Shown here piece after piece: positions 30,800-43,013 of a stretch of 64,000 nt of DNA. Numbering within the stretch: the stretch's first letter is position 1; each line of letters begins with the position of its first letter. The DNA is taken from the sequence record PP355091.1. The stretch is one strand, 5' to 3'. This stretch comes from Escherichia phage 235Ecol030PP. The position numbers were made by a program, and so were the translations under genes. The notes beneath the pieces were generated by a model. The model was not told the DNA's origin. It worked only from the letters and a program-made list of their open reading frames with translations, and searched no databases.

Positions 30800-31149
30800 T
30801 TAGAAAGGTCCTGGATGTCTTCTGCGAACTTGTTGAAGGAGTTGTTGATTTGTTTTTCAACCAATCCTGGCTTATGAGCCACCACATCCGCCTTCTTTGC
30901 GTCTTTGCGCAGTTTTTCATTTTCACGCTCAATAGCAGCAATTGCCTCACGATTTTTATTATTCATCGCATCAATATAATTATACTGAATTCGCAAATTA
31001 TTTAATGCTAAGGCGTTTTCATTGGCCGTTTTTGTAATTTCAGTAACTGATGTTTCTAATCTTTCTACCTTATTTTTTAAAATAATAGATGTTCCGCCAA
31101 ATGCTATTACAAGTAATAGCAATCCAGCTGTAAAATTACTTACATGCAT
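30796..31149 (-). CDS. Inner-membrane spanin candidate
   Basis: 117 aa; N-terminal TM helix then coiled-coil. Confidence 0.55.
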   Translation of the reverse strand: MHVSNFTAGLLLLVIAFGGTSIILKNKVERLETSVTEITKTANENALALNNLRIQYNYIDAMNNKNREAIAAIERENEKLRKDAKKADVVAHKPGLVEKQINNSFNKFAEDIQDLSK

Positions 31150-31646
31150 AAAGTTTTAATAACCTCTACAATATCGTCTTGAGAAAGACCGTTAATTAAA
31201 ATATGATGTTCAGCTGGAGATTTAGAAATTTTAAAGCATGCCTCAACATCTTCTGCCATATCCGATGCGCTACGATTTGGATTACTAATTCCAAGACGAT
31301 GTTTTCCCGTCAAAGGATTAACGATGATATAGCATTTACAATTATTGATATGAACATTAGGTTGAGTCTGATTAATGAACACATCACAATCATATTTCGC
31401 AAGCTGATTTTCTAAAAAGACTTTCATCTCCTCAACTGCATCAGGAAGCATATCACGGGCTTGCTCAAGACGACGATTTCGATATTCTTTAATGGTCGTT
31501 TTCCGCTTGACTTGCTTAGCTAAATCTTTCTTAAGATCGGTGATATATCCAACTCGACGATTTCCTTTAAATACAGAAATCCCATCTGTAGTATCACCGT
31601 ATGCTTCAACGACCATTTCAGTAGTAATAAGCTGTAAATCCATCAT
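31140..31646 (-). CDS. alc: Alc, inhibitor of host transcription on cytosine DNA
   Basis: 168 aa (T4 Alc about 167 aa); position between pseT cluster and rnlA. Confidence 0.7.
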   Translation of the reverse strand: MMDLQLITTEMVVEAYGDTTDGISVFKGNRRVGYITDLKKDLAKQVKRKTTIKEYRNRRLEQARDMLPDAVEEMKVFLENQLAKYDCDVFINQTQPNVHINNCKCYIIVNPLTGKHRLGISNPNRSASDMAEDVEACFKISKSPAEHHILINGLSQDDIVEVIKTLCM

Positions 31647-31674
31647 AAAGTCCTCATGTTATGTCAGTAAGTCT

Positions 31675-31704
31675 ACTGTAACACAACACGAGGGACTTGT
31701 AAAC
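31675..31704 (-). promoter_or_regulatory. Early promoter for alc
   Basis: - strand GTTTACA, spacer, TACAGT; promoter plus leader about 95 percent identical to 17806..17865. Confidence 0.5.
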
Positions 31705-31707
31705 AGC

Positions 31708-33295
<1,588 letters not shown>

Positions 33296-33303
33296 AATAA
33301 AAT

Positions 33304-33317
33304 GGGCCTTGCGGCCC
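33304..33317 (-). terminator. Hairpin after nrdB
   Basis: - strand gggcc-gcaa-ggccc then attttattat. Confidence 0.45.
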
Positions 33318-33322
33318 ACTCC

Positions 33323-33825
33323 TTAAAAGTATTTTTTAAAACTCATCATAACTTTATCATCAACATCATTATCAATCTGTGCAACAAGATAAGATGACAG
33401 TTCTACTTCTTGCGGCGCGGATTGAACATTATCAGAATTAAGATATTCACGAATCCAAGGATATGGATGTTTAACCGGAGCATCAGTAATTGGGCATGGA
33501 AGACCGCACTGTTTCATACGAGATACAGTTAAGTAATCAATAAAGCTCCACATGCTATTTGTATTTAATCCAGGAACATCGCCATCTTTAAATAAATGAA
33601 CTGCCCAATCTTTTTCTTGGCGGTTAACTTCCATGAAAATATCAACTGCTTCTTGTTCACACTCTTGAGCAATTTTAACCCATTCATCGCCATCAGTGCC
33701 AAGTTGAAGTTGACGAATAATATATTGAGTGCCTTTAAGGTGAAGCTGCTCATCACGTGCAATGAACTTCATAATTTTGGCATTACCTTCCATGATTTCC
33801 ATGTTCTTATGGAAGTTAAAGGTAC
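33323..33825 (-). CDS. nrdB: Ribonucleotide reductase small subunit NrdB, exon 2
   Basis: Continues the exon 1 frame: ...SFA-C-TFNFHKNMEIMEGNAK...; Cys codon split t|gt across the intron. Confidence 0.85.
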
Positions 33826-34914
33826 CGTATGTTCGATTGAGCTCGCTAATTCTCAACCCGTTCTCTTATGAACTGCTACATATTACTATGCAGACCAGAC
33901 TATATCACAATCCCAGAGGGATTCTCCCCATTTCGAGTCGCTTGACCCTACGTCCGAAGACTAGTCGTTGAACCTTGCTTTGCAATTGTCGCCGTGCCAT
34001 CGTTTATATGTTGATGGTGATAAATCTTTCTTATCACAATATGGACAATTCAATTGAATTCTATTTGGATTTAATTTACATCTGTCATTATGTTTTAGAT
34101 AAAATCCAGGACCTTTACCAATGTGACCGCAGAAATCACATGTGATTTCTTTTTGTGCAGGATGGGTCCCGTTCTTAACCATTTCTAATGTTTTTGCTGA
34201 TGTTCTTTTCTTATGGTCTTCTGACAAGAAATGATGCGAACCGTCATTTACCCGTTTTGATTGAGTTTCTGACTGCATTTTACCACCGCAAAATACATGA
34301 GTACCTTCTTTTATAGCTGCAATATTGCGTTCTTTAACTTTTGCAATATGCTCAGCTTGTTGAAAATTATGTATACCTAATGCAACTCTATTTAAATTAG
34401 ATTTACGCTGTATTTCACCGTCTAAAAGATGAAATGTACCATTTTCTATCTTAGATTTAATAGAGGCAATATTTTTAGCTCGTACTTCAGGAATATTAAA
34501 AATCTGGATTTCTCTAGATTTTGCGGCTTTAGAAGCTAATTCAGAAATTTCTTCAGGAGAATATTTCATTCTAAGCTTTATAGCATGACAAGCCTGGTAA
34601 TCTTTTTGAGCTAAATGTATATCATAATGTTCCTGTATAGAAAGGCACATCAAATTATCTAAATCATTATTTTCACGGTTACCGTCTTTATGATGGATTT
34701 CGTATGTTCTTCCATCAGAATCTTTAGGTATAGGTCCGTTAGCATCTATCCAAATTTTTCTATAGTTCAATTGTGCATCCTCTTAAAAGTATAATCATAT
34801 TCATATTATACTAATTAAAGGTGCAAGCAAAACCTTGGCTGCTAGTTTTCCATAAAGGACTTTCCAGCAATTAAAGGAGTTTTCGATAAACGTTACCGTT
34901 TAAAGGCGCATTTT
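33826..34914 (-). mobile_element. Group I intron in nrdB (1089 nt) with homing endonuclease ORF
   Basis: Interrupts conserved NrdB frame; 5' exon ends in U, intron ends in G; size fits a full-length version of the T4 nrdB intron. Confidence 0.8.
33961..34770 (-). CDS. Intron-encoded HNH homing endonuclease (I-TevIII-like), TTG start
   Basis: 269 aa; HNH motif EIHHKDGNRENNDLDNLMCLSIQEH; C-terminal Cys-rich zinc finger; AAGAGGA Shine-Dalgarno 8 nt before TTG. Confidence 0.85.
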   Translation of the reverse strand: MNYRKIWIDANGPIPKDSDGRTYEIHHKDGNRENNDLDNLMCLSIQEHYDIHLAQKDYQACHAIKLRMKYSPEEISELASKAAKSREIQIFNIPEVRAKNIASIKSKIENGTFHLLDGEIQRKSNLNRVALGIHNFQQAEHIAKVKERNIAAIKEGTHVFCGGKMQSETQSKRVNDGSHHFLSEDHKKRTSAKTLEMVKNGTHPAQKEITCDFCGHIGKGPGFYLKHNDRCKLNPNRIQLNCPYCDKKDLSPSTYKRWHGDNCKARFND

Positions 34915-35590
34915 ACGCAAAAGATACATAAAAACGAATAGCTTCCAATGCGTTGATTACATGAAGGCAAAGATAAAGAGATTTCATTAGTGCTCGTTTA
35001 GCTTCGGCTTCTTGTTTAATAGCTCGGTTTAAACGAAAGACGGCATCAGGAGATTCTTTAGCTAATTCTACAAATTCTTTAGCATTTTCCCATTCACGGG
35101 TCTTCTTAAGAACATCATCATAATAGCGACCGATAGATTCAGCACGTTTCATGATAGCTTCATCTAATACAATCTCATCAAATACCTTAGCAGGGTCATT
35201 GAACAAGTTACGCATGATATGGGTATATGAACGACTGTGAATAGTTTCGCTAAAAGTCCATGTTGCTACCCATGTATCAAGGCTTGGATCTGAAATCAAT
35301 GGCATAAGCACAGCAGACGGTGCACGCCCCTGGATGGAGTCTAACAATGACTGGTATTTTAAGTTATTGATAAATATAGATTTTTGATGTTCTGGGAGCT
35401 TATTAAACTGTGCAGCATCCATCATCAAGTTTACTTCTTCCGGACGCCAGAAAAATGAGAGCGAACGTTCAATAAGTTCTTCAAATACCTTATGTCGTTG
35501 AATATCATAACGTGCAATTCCAAGACCTGAACCGAAGAACATAGGTTCTGTTAAAACATCAACTGGATTTGTATTAAAAACTGTGCTCAT
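34915..35590 (-). CDS. nrdB: Ribonucleotide reductase small subunit NrdB, exon 1
   Basis: MSTVFNTNPVDVL...LEAIRFYVSFA; ferritin-like diiron motifs. Confidence 0.85.
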
Positions 35591-35641
35591 AATTTTTCCT
35601 CTTAGTTAATAGATAGTGACTCGTCCATGAGTCAAATTATA

Positions 35642-37906
35642 TCATAATTTACAGGATGAACAATCTTCAGCTTTTGGAGTTTCTATTTCATAATCATCAG
35701 TACCAGAACCATCACGGGTATTATGATAATAGAAATTTTTAATGCCATAATACCATCCGTATAGCATGTCATCAATCATTATTGACATTGGAACCTTGCC
35801 TTTAGGGAAGATTTGGGGGTCATAGTATGTATTCGCTGAAGCTGATTGACATACCCATTTCAGCATAATAGCTACCTGCGTAAGATAAGGTTTATTACCT
35901 TTCTTAGCTAATTTCCACGTATAATCATATAGGTCTATGTTATGCTCAATATTGGGCACGACTTGATTAAAGGAGCCCTCTTTTGATTCTTTAACAGAGA
36001 CTGGTCCACGTGGAGGCTCGATACCGTTTGTACTGTTAGAAACTTGGGAAGATGACTCACATGGCATAAGTGCTGATAATGTGCTATTACGGATGCCAAA
36101 GAGCTTAAGGTCTTCCCGCAGCGCCGACCAGTCACAAACGTATTTTGGAGCTGCGATTTGGTCAATCTTTTTATTGTACCAGTCGATAGGTAATTCGCCT
36201 CGAGACCAACGAGTGTCTGAATAATATTCGCAAGGTCCTTTTTCTTTGGCGAGCTTAATGGATGCTTTAATGAGTCCATACTGTAATCTCTCAAATAGTT
36301 CATGTGTTAAATCGTTAGCATCTTCATAAGAAGCAAAGTTACTTGCCAGCCAAGCCGCATAGTTGGTAACACCTACACCGAGGTTACGACGCTTTTTAGC
36401 TTTTTCTGCTTCAGGAACTGGATATCCTTGGTAATCCAAAAGATTATCAAGAGCACGAACTTGAACTTCTGCCAATTCATTAATTTTATCTTGGTCTTGC
36501 CAGTCAAAATTGTCTAATACGAAGGCAGAGAGAGTACAGAGCCCAATTTCAGCATCAGGGCTATTCACATCATTTGTTGGAATAGCAATTTCACAACACA
36601 AGTTACTCTGGCGAATAGGCGCCTTTTCACGAATAAACGGAGTATAGTTATTCGTATTATCAATGAACTGCACATAAATCCTTGCTGTTCCTGAGCGTTC
36701 AGTCATGAGCAATTCAAATAGTTCACGGGCTTTAATACGCTTTTTACGAATATTAGGGTCTTTTTCTGCTGCTTCGTATAATTCACGGAAACGGTCTTGG
36801 TCTTTAAAATAAGAATAATAAAGCTCGCCACTCATTTCATGCGGACTGAACAAAGTAATGTAATCGTTCTTTCCGAATCGTTCCATCATCAAATCATTCA
36901 GCTGAACACCATAATCCATATGACGAATGCGGTTTTCTTCTACGCCTTTGTTATTTTTCAAAACGAGAAGATTTTCAACTTCCAAATGCCAAATAGGATA
37001 ATAAGCAGTAGCAGCGCCGCCACGAATTCCACCCTGTGAGCATGATTTAACTGCAGTCTGAAAATGTTTCCAAAAAGGAATAACACCGGTATGACGCACT
37101 TCACCCATGCCAATCTTAGAACCTTCGGCACGAATCATACCTACGTTAATTCCAATTCCAGCGCGTTTAGAGATATATTCAACAATTGAAGCGGAAGCCT
37201 TATTGATAGACTTCAATGAATCTCCTGCCTCAATAACAACACATGAACTAAACTGTCGAGTCGGAGTACGGCAACCAGCCATAATAGGAGTTGGCAATGA
37301 AATCTGTCGAGTAGATACTGCTTCATAAAAACGAATAACATGTTTTAATCTATCAACAGGTTCATCTTGATGCAATGCCATTCCAATAGTCATAAATGCA
37401 AACTGTGGAGTTTCATAAATTTGACCAGTGGTTTTATCTTTAACTAAATATTTTTCTTTTAATTGCATCGCCCCGGAATAAGTAAATTCCATATCCCGTT
37501 CGTGCTTAATTTTTGATTCTAAAAATGTAATTTCTTCTGCTGAATATTTTGACAATAATTCAGGGTCATATTTACCTTCATTTACACAGTAAGAAATATG
37601 GTCAATAAATGAACGTGGTTCATACTGCCCATAAACATGCTTACGAAGAGCGAACATTAAACAGCGTGCAGCTACATATTGATAATCAGGCTCTTCAACC
37701 GAAATAGAATTCGCAGCGGCCTTAATGACAATAGTCTGAATATCATCAGTTGTCATTCCATCACGGAGATAAGATTTAATATTTTCATATAATTCATAAG
37801 GATCTACTGATGTTCCTTCAGCTGCCCAAGATAAAACTTTAATAATTTTTTGTGGGTCAAAGCTCTGAGAAACACCACTACTTTTGATAACATTAATTAA
37901 TTGCAT
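35642..37906 (-). CDS. nrdA: Ribonucleotide reductase large subunit NrdA
   Basis: 754 aa, T4 length. Confidence 0.92.
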   Translation of the reverse strand: MQLINVIKSSGVSQSFDPQKIIKVLSWAAEGTSVDPYELYENIKSYLRDGMTTDDIQTIVIKAAANSISVEEPDYQYVAARCLMFALRKHVYGQYEPRSFIDHISYCVNEGKYDPELLSKYSAEEITFLESKIKHERDMEFTYSGAMQLKEKYLVKDKTTGQIYETPQFAFMTIGMALHQDEPVDRLKHVIRFYEAVSTRQISLPTPIMAGCRTPTRQFSSCVVIEAGDSLKSINKASASIVEYISKRAGIGINVGMIRAEGSKIGMGEVRHTGVIPFWKHFQTAVKSCSQGGIRGGAATAYYPIWHLEVENLLVLKNNKGVEENRIRHMDYGVQLNDLMMERFGKNDYITLFSPHEMSGELYYSYFKDQDRFRELYEAAEKDPNIRKKRIKARELFELLMTERSGTARIYVQFIDNTNNYTPFIREKAPIRQSNLCCEIAIPTNDVNSPDAEIGLCTLSAFVLDNFDWQDQDKINELAEVQVRALDNLLDYQGYPVPEAEKAKKRRNLGVGVTNYAAWLASNFASYEDANDLTHELFERLQYGLIKASIKLAKEKGPCEYYSDTRWSRGELPIDWYNKKIDQIAAPKYVCDWSALREDLKLFGIRNSTLSALMPCESSSQVSNSTNGIEPPRGPVSVKESKEGSFNQVVPNIEHNIDLYDYTWKLAKKGNKPYLTQVAIMLKWVCQSASANTYYDPQIFPKGKVPMSIMIDDMLYGWYYGIKNFYYHNTRDGSGTDDYEIETPKAEDCSSCKL

Positions 37907-38223
37907 AAGTCCTCAACTTGAAAATCGTCTTTAAACAATCGGTTAACTATATGAGCTATTATATCACCATGACACGGCTTTGGTTTACATGTGCATCCTA
38001 GCCTCATTCCACGTAAAGGCTCTAAATGTGCTTTAGTTATTTCTCCGGATTTAATTCGACGTATAAAATCTTTTTTGAATAATTCAATGGCAGCCTCCCG
38101 GCTGCCAGCATCTTTACCGACGTAATTCCCCCAAAATGTACCACGGTGAATATTAACATCAAAGTCGGATTTGTATTTATTCACTACCCGGCATAGACGG
38201 CCCGCGCGGTGATAATTCGGCAT
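37897..38223 (-). CDS. Hypothetical protein (position of T4 nrdA.1)
   Basis: 108 aa. Confidence 0.5.
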   Translation of the reverse strand: MPNYHRAGRLCRVVNKYKSDFDVNIHRGTFWGNYVGKDAGSREAAIELFKKDFIRRIKSGEITKAHLEPLRGMRLGCTCKPKPCHGDIIAHIVNRLFKDDFQVEDLCN

Positions 38224-38440
38224 ATTGTTTTTCCGTTAAAACAGTAATATCGTAGTAACAGTCAGAAGAAGTTTTAACTGTGGAAATTTTATTATCAAAA
38301 TACTCACGAGTCATTTTATGAGTATAATATTTTTTGCCATAAATGATAATAGGCTGATTTGGTCCTGGAACTTCTAACTCGCTTGGGTTAGGAAGTGTAA
38401 AAAGAACGGCACCAGAAGTATCTTTAAATCGTAAAATCAT
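38177..38440 (-). CDS. Hypothetical protein (position of T4 nrdA.2)
   Basis: 87 aa. Confidence 0.45.
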   Translation of the reverse strand: MILRFKDTSGAVLFTLPNPSELEVPGPNQPIIIYGKKYYTHKMTREYFDNKISTVKTSSDCYYDITVLTEKQYAELSPRGPSMPGSE

Positions 38441-38748
38441 ATTGCCATTTTCCCTTTAATTGCTGGATGCGATTCATAATTTTCAAGGATAAAATCTTTC
38501 GGTTTCATGTATTCAGTTAACCAGTAAAGCTGTGTTTCGGTGTCACAATTTCCAAACTCTATAGGCCAATCAATTTTAAGTTCACACAGTTCTTTAGGCT
38601 CACGACGTAAAATTTCTTTACATTGTTCTACGTGATTCATATAGATATGAGTATTACCACCGGAAAATATCAAATCTCCCGGAATAAGATTACACATCTT
38701 AGCTACAATATGAACTAACGTAGCATATGATGCAATATTAAATGGAAG
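38437..38748 (-). CDS. td: Thymidylate synthase, exon 2
   Basis: Begins [19 protein letters not shown]..., continuing the exon 1 frame after ...DVFLG. Confidence 0.88.
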   Translation of the reverse strand, partial: LPFNIASYATLVHIVAKMCNLIPGDLIFSGGNTHIYMNHVEQCKEILRREPKELCELKIDWPIEFGNCDTETQLYWLTEYMKPKDFILENYESHPAIKGKMAI

Positions 38749-39067
38749 CATTATGTTCAGATAAGGTCGTTAATCTTACCCCGGAATTATATCCAGCTGC
38801 ATGTCACCATGCAGATCAGACTATATCTTCAACTTGTTAAAGCAAGTTGTCTATCGTTTCGAGTCACTTGACCCTACTCCCCAAAGGGATAGTCGTTAGG
38901 CATTTATGTAGAACCAATTCCATTATCAGATTTTACACGGTAAGTAACTAATCCTGATGAAATTATTAAAGGGTAGTCCTACAATTTAGCACGGGATTGT
39001 CTACTAGAGAGGTTCCCCGTTTAGATAGATTACAAGTATAAGTCACCTTATACTCAGGCCTCAATTA
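38749..39067 (-). ncRNA. Group I self-splicing intron in td, ORF-less (319 nt)
   Basis: - strand begins UAAUUGAGGCCUGAGUAUAAGGUGACUUAUACUUGUAAUCUAUCUAAACGGGGAACC, matching the T4 td intron 5' end from memory; ends AUAAUG; no ORF. Confidence 0.85.
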
Positions 39068-39615
39068 ACCCAAGAAAACATCTACTGATCGTTGATACCA
39101 CTGCAAATCCAAATAACCATTACGCACATTAAACTGATAGAACATATGACAAGGTGGTAATGCCATATATTTAAGTTCAGCTGGATTCCACGCAGAAACA
39201 ATTTGACGCCTATCATTTGGCAGTTTTTTAATACGATCAATAACTTCTATAATTTGATCTACACCACCAAAATCACGCCACTGTTTTCCATAAATTGGAC
39301 CAAGTTCACCGCTATGGTATCCTAAATCTTTTGCTTGATTTTCGTAATTTTCATCCCAAACTGTTTTGCCTTGGATTAACGAATCATGTTGAATTAATCG
39401 CAAATCATTGACATTTGTGCTTCCCGATAAAAACCAAAGCAGCTCAGCAATGCAAGCTTTCCAGGCGAGCTTCTTAGTTGTTACTGCAGGAAAACCTTTA
39501 GTTAAATCCCAGCGTAATTTAGTACCGAACAAAGCAATTGTTCCTGTGCCTGTTCGGTCATCGGTTTCGTAGCCATTTTCCAGGATATCTTTAATTAAAA
39601 ATTGGTATTGTTTCA

Positions 39616-39616
<1 letters not shown>
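39068..39616 (-). CDS. td: Thymidylate synthase, exon 1
   Basis: From ATG 39616 (MKQYQ...); exons total 286 aa as in T4 TS. Confidence 0.88.
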
Positions 39617-40645
<1,029 letters not shown>

Positions 40646-40655
40646 ATTATTTTCC

Positions 40656-40898
40656 TTAAACAGACTTTTTCACAATTTTCCAATCAGCTTTAAACTGTTC
40701 AACGTCAGAATGGTAAATCCAAAATCCTGCGCTTTCTCCGTCTTCATAAAGAGGACATCCATCGCATTCATCTTCCCATCCCATATCACGTAAAAGATGT
40801 TCAGCTTTTTCAACAAGTTCAGAATCTTTACCGATGATATTAAAATACCATTTACCTCTAACTTCTGAATCTTTGATGCTCTGGCGTTGTAATCTCAT
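40656..40898 (-). CDS. Hypothetical protein (position of T4 frd.2)
   Basis: 80 aa; GAGGAG Shine-Dalgarno; early promoter upstream. Confidence 0.5.
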   Translation of the reverse strand: MRLQRQSIKDSEVRGKWYFNIIGKDSELVEKAEHLLRDMGWEDECDGCPLYEDGESAGFWIYHSDVEQFKADWKIVKKSV

Positions 40899-40926
40899 TT
40901 TATTCTCCTCAGTAGTTGATAGGGTA

Positions 40927-40956
40927 ATAGTATCACACTACTACCCTGTTGTAAAC
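40927..40956 (-). promoter_or_regulatory. Early promoter candidate
   Basis: - strand GTTTACA, 17 nt, TACTAT, then leader TACCCTATCAACTAC. Confidence 0.5.
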
Positions 40957-40958
40957 AA

Positions 40959-41219
40959 TTATTTTTGAATTTTATCGAGCCACTTACCAAGCTTAATCAT
41001 TTCTTTAGTAGCCTTTTCCATACTTCTGAACTTAACCAATAGAGGATAGGTATCGACACCCATAACTAAACTGGTTACAAGACTGTGTTCACCCACAAGC
41101 CATAACGAATACGTTTGAATATCGAGTCCGTAATTTCTGTCTTTATGGACCCGTACACCCATCACTTCAAATTTCTCACTAGCTTTTTCTACCGCATCCA
41201 GGAAATCATCTTTAGTCAT
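40959..41219 (-). CDS. Hypothetical protein
   Basis: 86 aa from ATG 41219 (TAAtATG coupling to upstream ORF); ORF-track start at 41261 gives 100 aa. Confidence 0.4.
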   Translation of the reverse strand: MTKDDFLDAVEKASEKFEVMGVRVHKDRNYGLDIQTYSLWLVGEHSLVTSLVMGVDTYPLLVKFRSMEKATKEMIKLGKWLDKIQK

Positions 41220-41220
41220 A

Positions 41221-41607
41221 TTAGGCCTTAAAAGTTTTTCGCAAAAGTTCAATGATTTCATCTACATTGTTTTCGTCAACAATGCAGTGAATTTTTGTTA
41301 CGCCAGAAACCTTGTCTTTGACTTCATCCTCTTCAGAAGTTGGTTCTTTATATTCGCGGAAACAATAAAACTCTTCTTCACTAAGTTCAAAATAATCATC
41401 ACCCATACCATCATCATTATAGATTTCACCGTTAGCACAAATGATTTCGGTTACATAATCAAAGCCATCTAAACTTGATATTGATTTAACTTCAAACCAA
41501 CCACCATTTTCTTGAATGATGCCGACCATATTAGCATTTGATGAACTAATATCAATGAAAGATTTAATACGGTGTGGATTTAACTCGTATTTTTTGCCGA
41601 TTTCCAT
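41221..41607 (-). CDS. Hypothetical protein
   Basis: 128 aa from ATG 41607 with GAGGA Shine-Dalgarno. Confidence 0.45.
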   Translation of the reverse strand: MEIGKKYELNPHRIKSFIDISSSNANMVGIIQENGGWFEVKSISSLDGFDYVTEIICANGEIYNDDGMGDDYFELSEEEFYCFREYKEPTSEEDEVKDKVSGVTKIHCIVDENNVDEIIELLRKTFKA

Positions 41608-41652
41608 TTTGATTTTCCTCATTTTAATAGGGGCTTAATAGCCCCTTGATAA

Positions 41653-41880
41653 TTATTGTTCAATCAATCCCATGTAAAATTCTGCGTCTTCAGAATCCAT
41701 ACCATCACAATATTCATTAGCCATAAAGCGGGTGAGGTCTTCAAGAGGACCTTCAATAACGATTTGAATACTCCAAAACTTAGAATCTTGTACACTTGTG
41801 ATACTAAGTTCAGGATAACGATTACGAATAATTTCTTCAATATATTCAAAATCAACGATGTCAATATCAACTTTAGCCAT
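41653..41880 (-). CDS. Hypothetical acidic protein
   Basis: 75 aa; AAGAGGA Shine-Dalgarno; early promoter upstream. Confidence 0.5.
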   Translation of the reverse strand: MAKVDIDIVDFEYIEEIIRNRYPELSITSVQDSKFWSIQIVIEGPLEDLTRFMANEYCDGMDSEDAEFYMGLIEQ

Positions 41881-41923
41881 ATTGTTTTCCTCTTTAATCG
41901 TCAGCAGTATTGCCGATAGTTGT

Positions 41924-41953
41924 ATAGTACCATAGAAGAACAGGGATGTAAAC
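41924..41953 (-). promoter_or_regulatory. Early promoter candidate
   Basis: - strand TTCACAAAACGGTTTACA, 17 nt, TACTAT, ACAACTATC. Confidence 0.5.
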
Positions 41954-41978
41954 CGTTTTGTGAAAAAAATTTTGAAAT

Positions 41979-42002
41979 AAAAAAAGGGACCTCTAGGGTC
42001 CC
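41979..42002 (-). terminator. Intrinsic terminator after gene 32
   Basis: - strand ggggaccc-taga-ggtccc then ttttttt. Confidence 0.7.
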
Positions 42003-42025
42003 CAATTAATTAGTAATATAATCTA

Positions 42026-42931
42026 TTAAAGGTCATTCAAAAGGTCATCCAGGTCCGTGTCATCAGCACTAGATGAACTGCCAGAGCTTGAGCTCATAAA
42101 ATCATCTTCAGTTTTTGTATTGAAGTCATCAACATTGAATGCATCCAAATCATCAGCAACTTTATCAGCTTTCTTAGCAGCAGTTGCAGCGGCACCGCCC
42201 ATCACAGCAGTTCCCATAACTTGACCGAATTTAGTGCTCAGTTCTTCAAATGATTTGAATTTATCTTTAGAAGTCATTTCAGAAAGGTCAACCATTTGTT
42301 CGAACAGTTCTTTCTGGAAAGATTCATCATCAATGTTTGGAATCGCAGATTGATTCAGGAATTTAGATTCATCGTAGTTACTAAATCCAGAAACTTGTTT
42401 AACTTTCAGTACAAAGTTAGCACCTTCCCACGGACAAGTTACATCAACTGGAGTTTCACCCATTTCAACATCAACCGCAATCATCGCGTTGATTTTATCC
42501 CAGATTTTCTTACCGAAACGATATTTAAATACTTTACCTTCATTTTCTGGAGCAGCTGGGTCTTTTACTACAAGAATGTTAGCCCAGTAAGAAGTTTTAC
42601 GTTTAACAAGACTGTACTCTTTATTGTCAGTGTTGTACAGATCATTTTTACTGATGTATTGACATACTGGACAAGAATCGTAATCACCGTGGGTAGATGA
42701 ACACGTTTCAATATACCATTTGCCATTTTTCTTGAAACCATGATTTACAAGAATTGCAAATGGTGCTTGTTCATCATTTTTAGACGGAAGAAAACGAATT
42801 ACTGCTTGACCGTTACCCGCATTATCGAGTTTCAGTTTCCACTCGCCTTTATCTTCAGAAGAAAAACCTTTATTGCCATTCAGTTTAGCCATTTGTGCAG
42901 CGAGTTCAGCAGTAGATTTACGTTTAAACAT
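42026..42931 (-). CDS. 32: Single-stranded DNA-binding protein gp32
   Basis: 301 aa, T4 length; acidic Ser/Asp-rich C-terminus. Confidence 0.92.
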
Positions 42932-42998
42932 TTTTATTTCCTTTTTAATTTAATTAACAGTTGGTGCTATGACGATGTATGACCTCATAGCTGGTCAG
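42932..42998 (-). promoter_or_regulatory. Gene 32 autoregulatory translational operator (5' pseudoknot plus AU-rich tract)
   Basis: - strand UGACCAGCUAUGAGGUCAUACAUCGUCAUAGCACC then AAUUAAAUUAAAAAGGAAAUAAAAAUG, matching the T4 gene 32 leader as I remember it. Confidence 0.7.
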
Positions 42999-43013
42999 TG
43001 AGATAATTATAAT

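Noticed and set aside
33596-33871. 91 aa + strand ORF spanning the nrdB exon 2 / intron boundary
   Set aside because: Antisense to nrdB coding sequence and the intron 3' end; explained by the minus-strand split-gene model.
38749-39067. Possibility that the structured non-coding RNA in td is a tRNA or small RNA gene
   Set aside because: Its 5' end matches the T4 td group I intron and it exactly restores the thymidylate synthase frame when removed; no cloverleaf seen.
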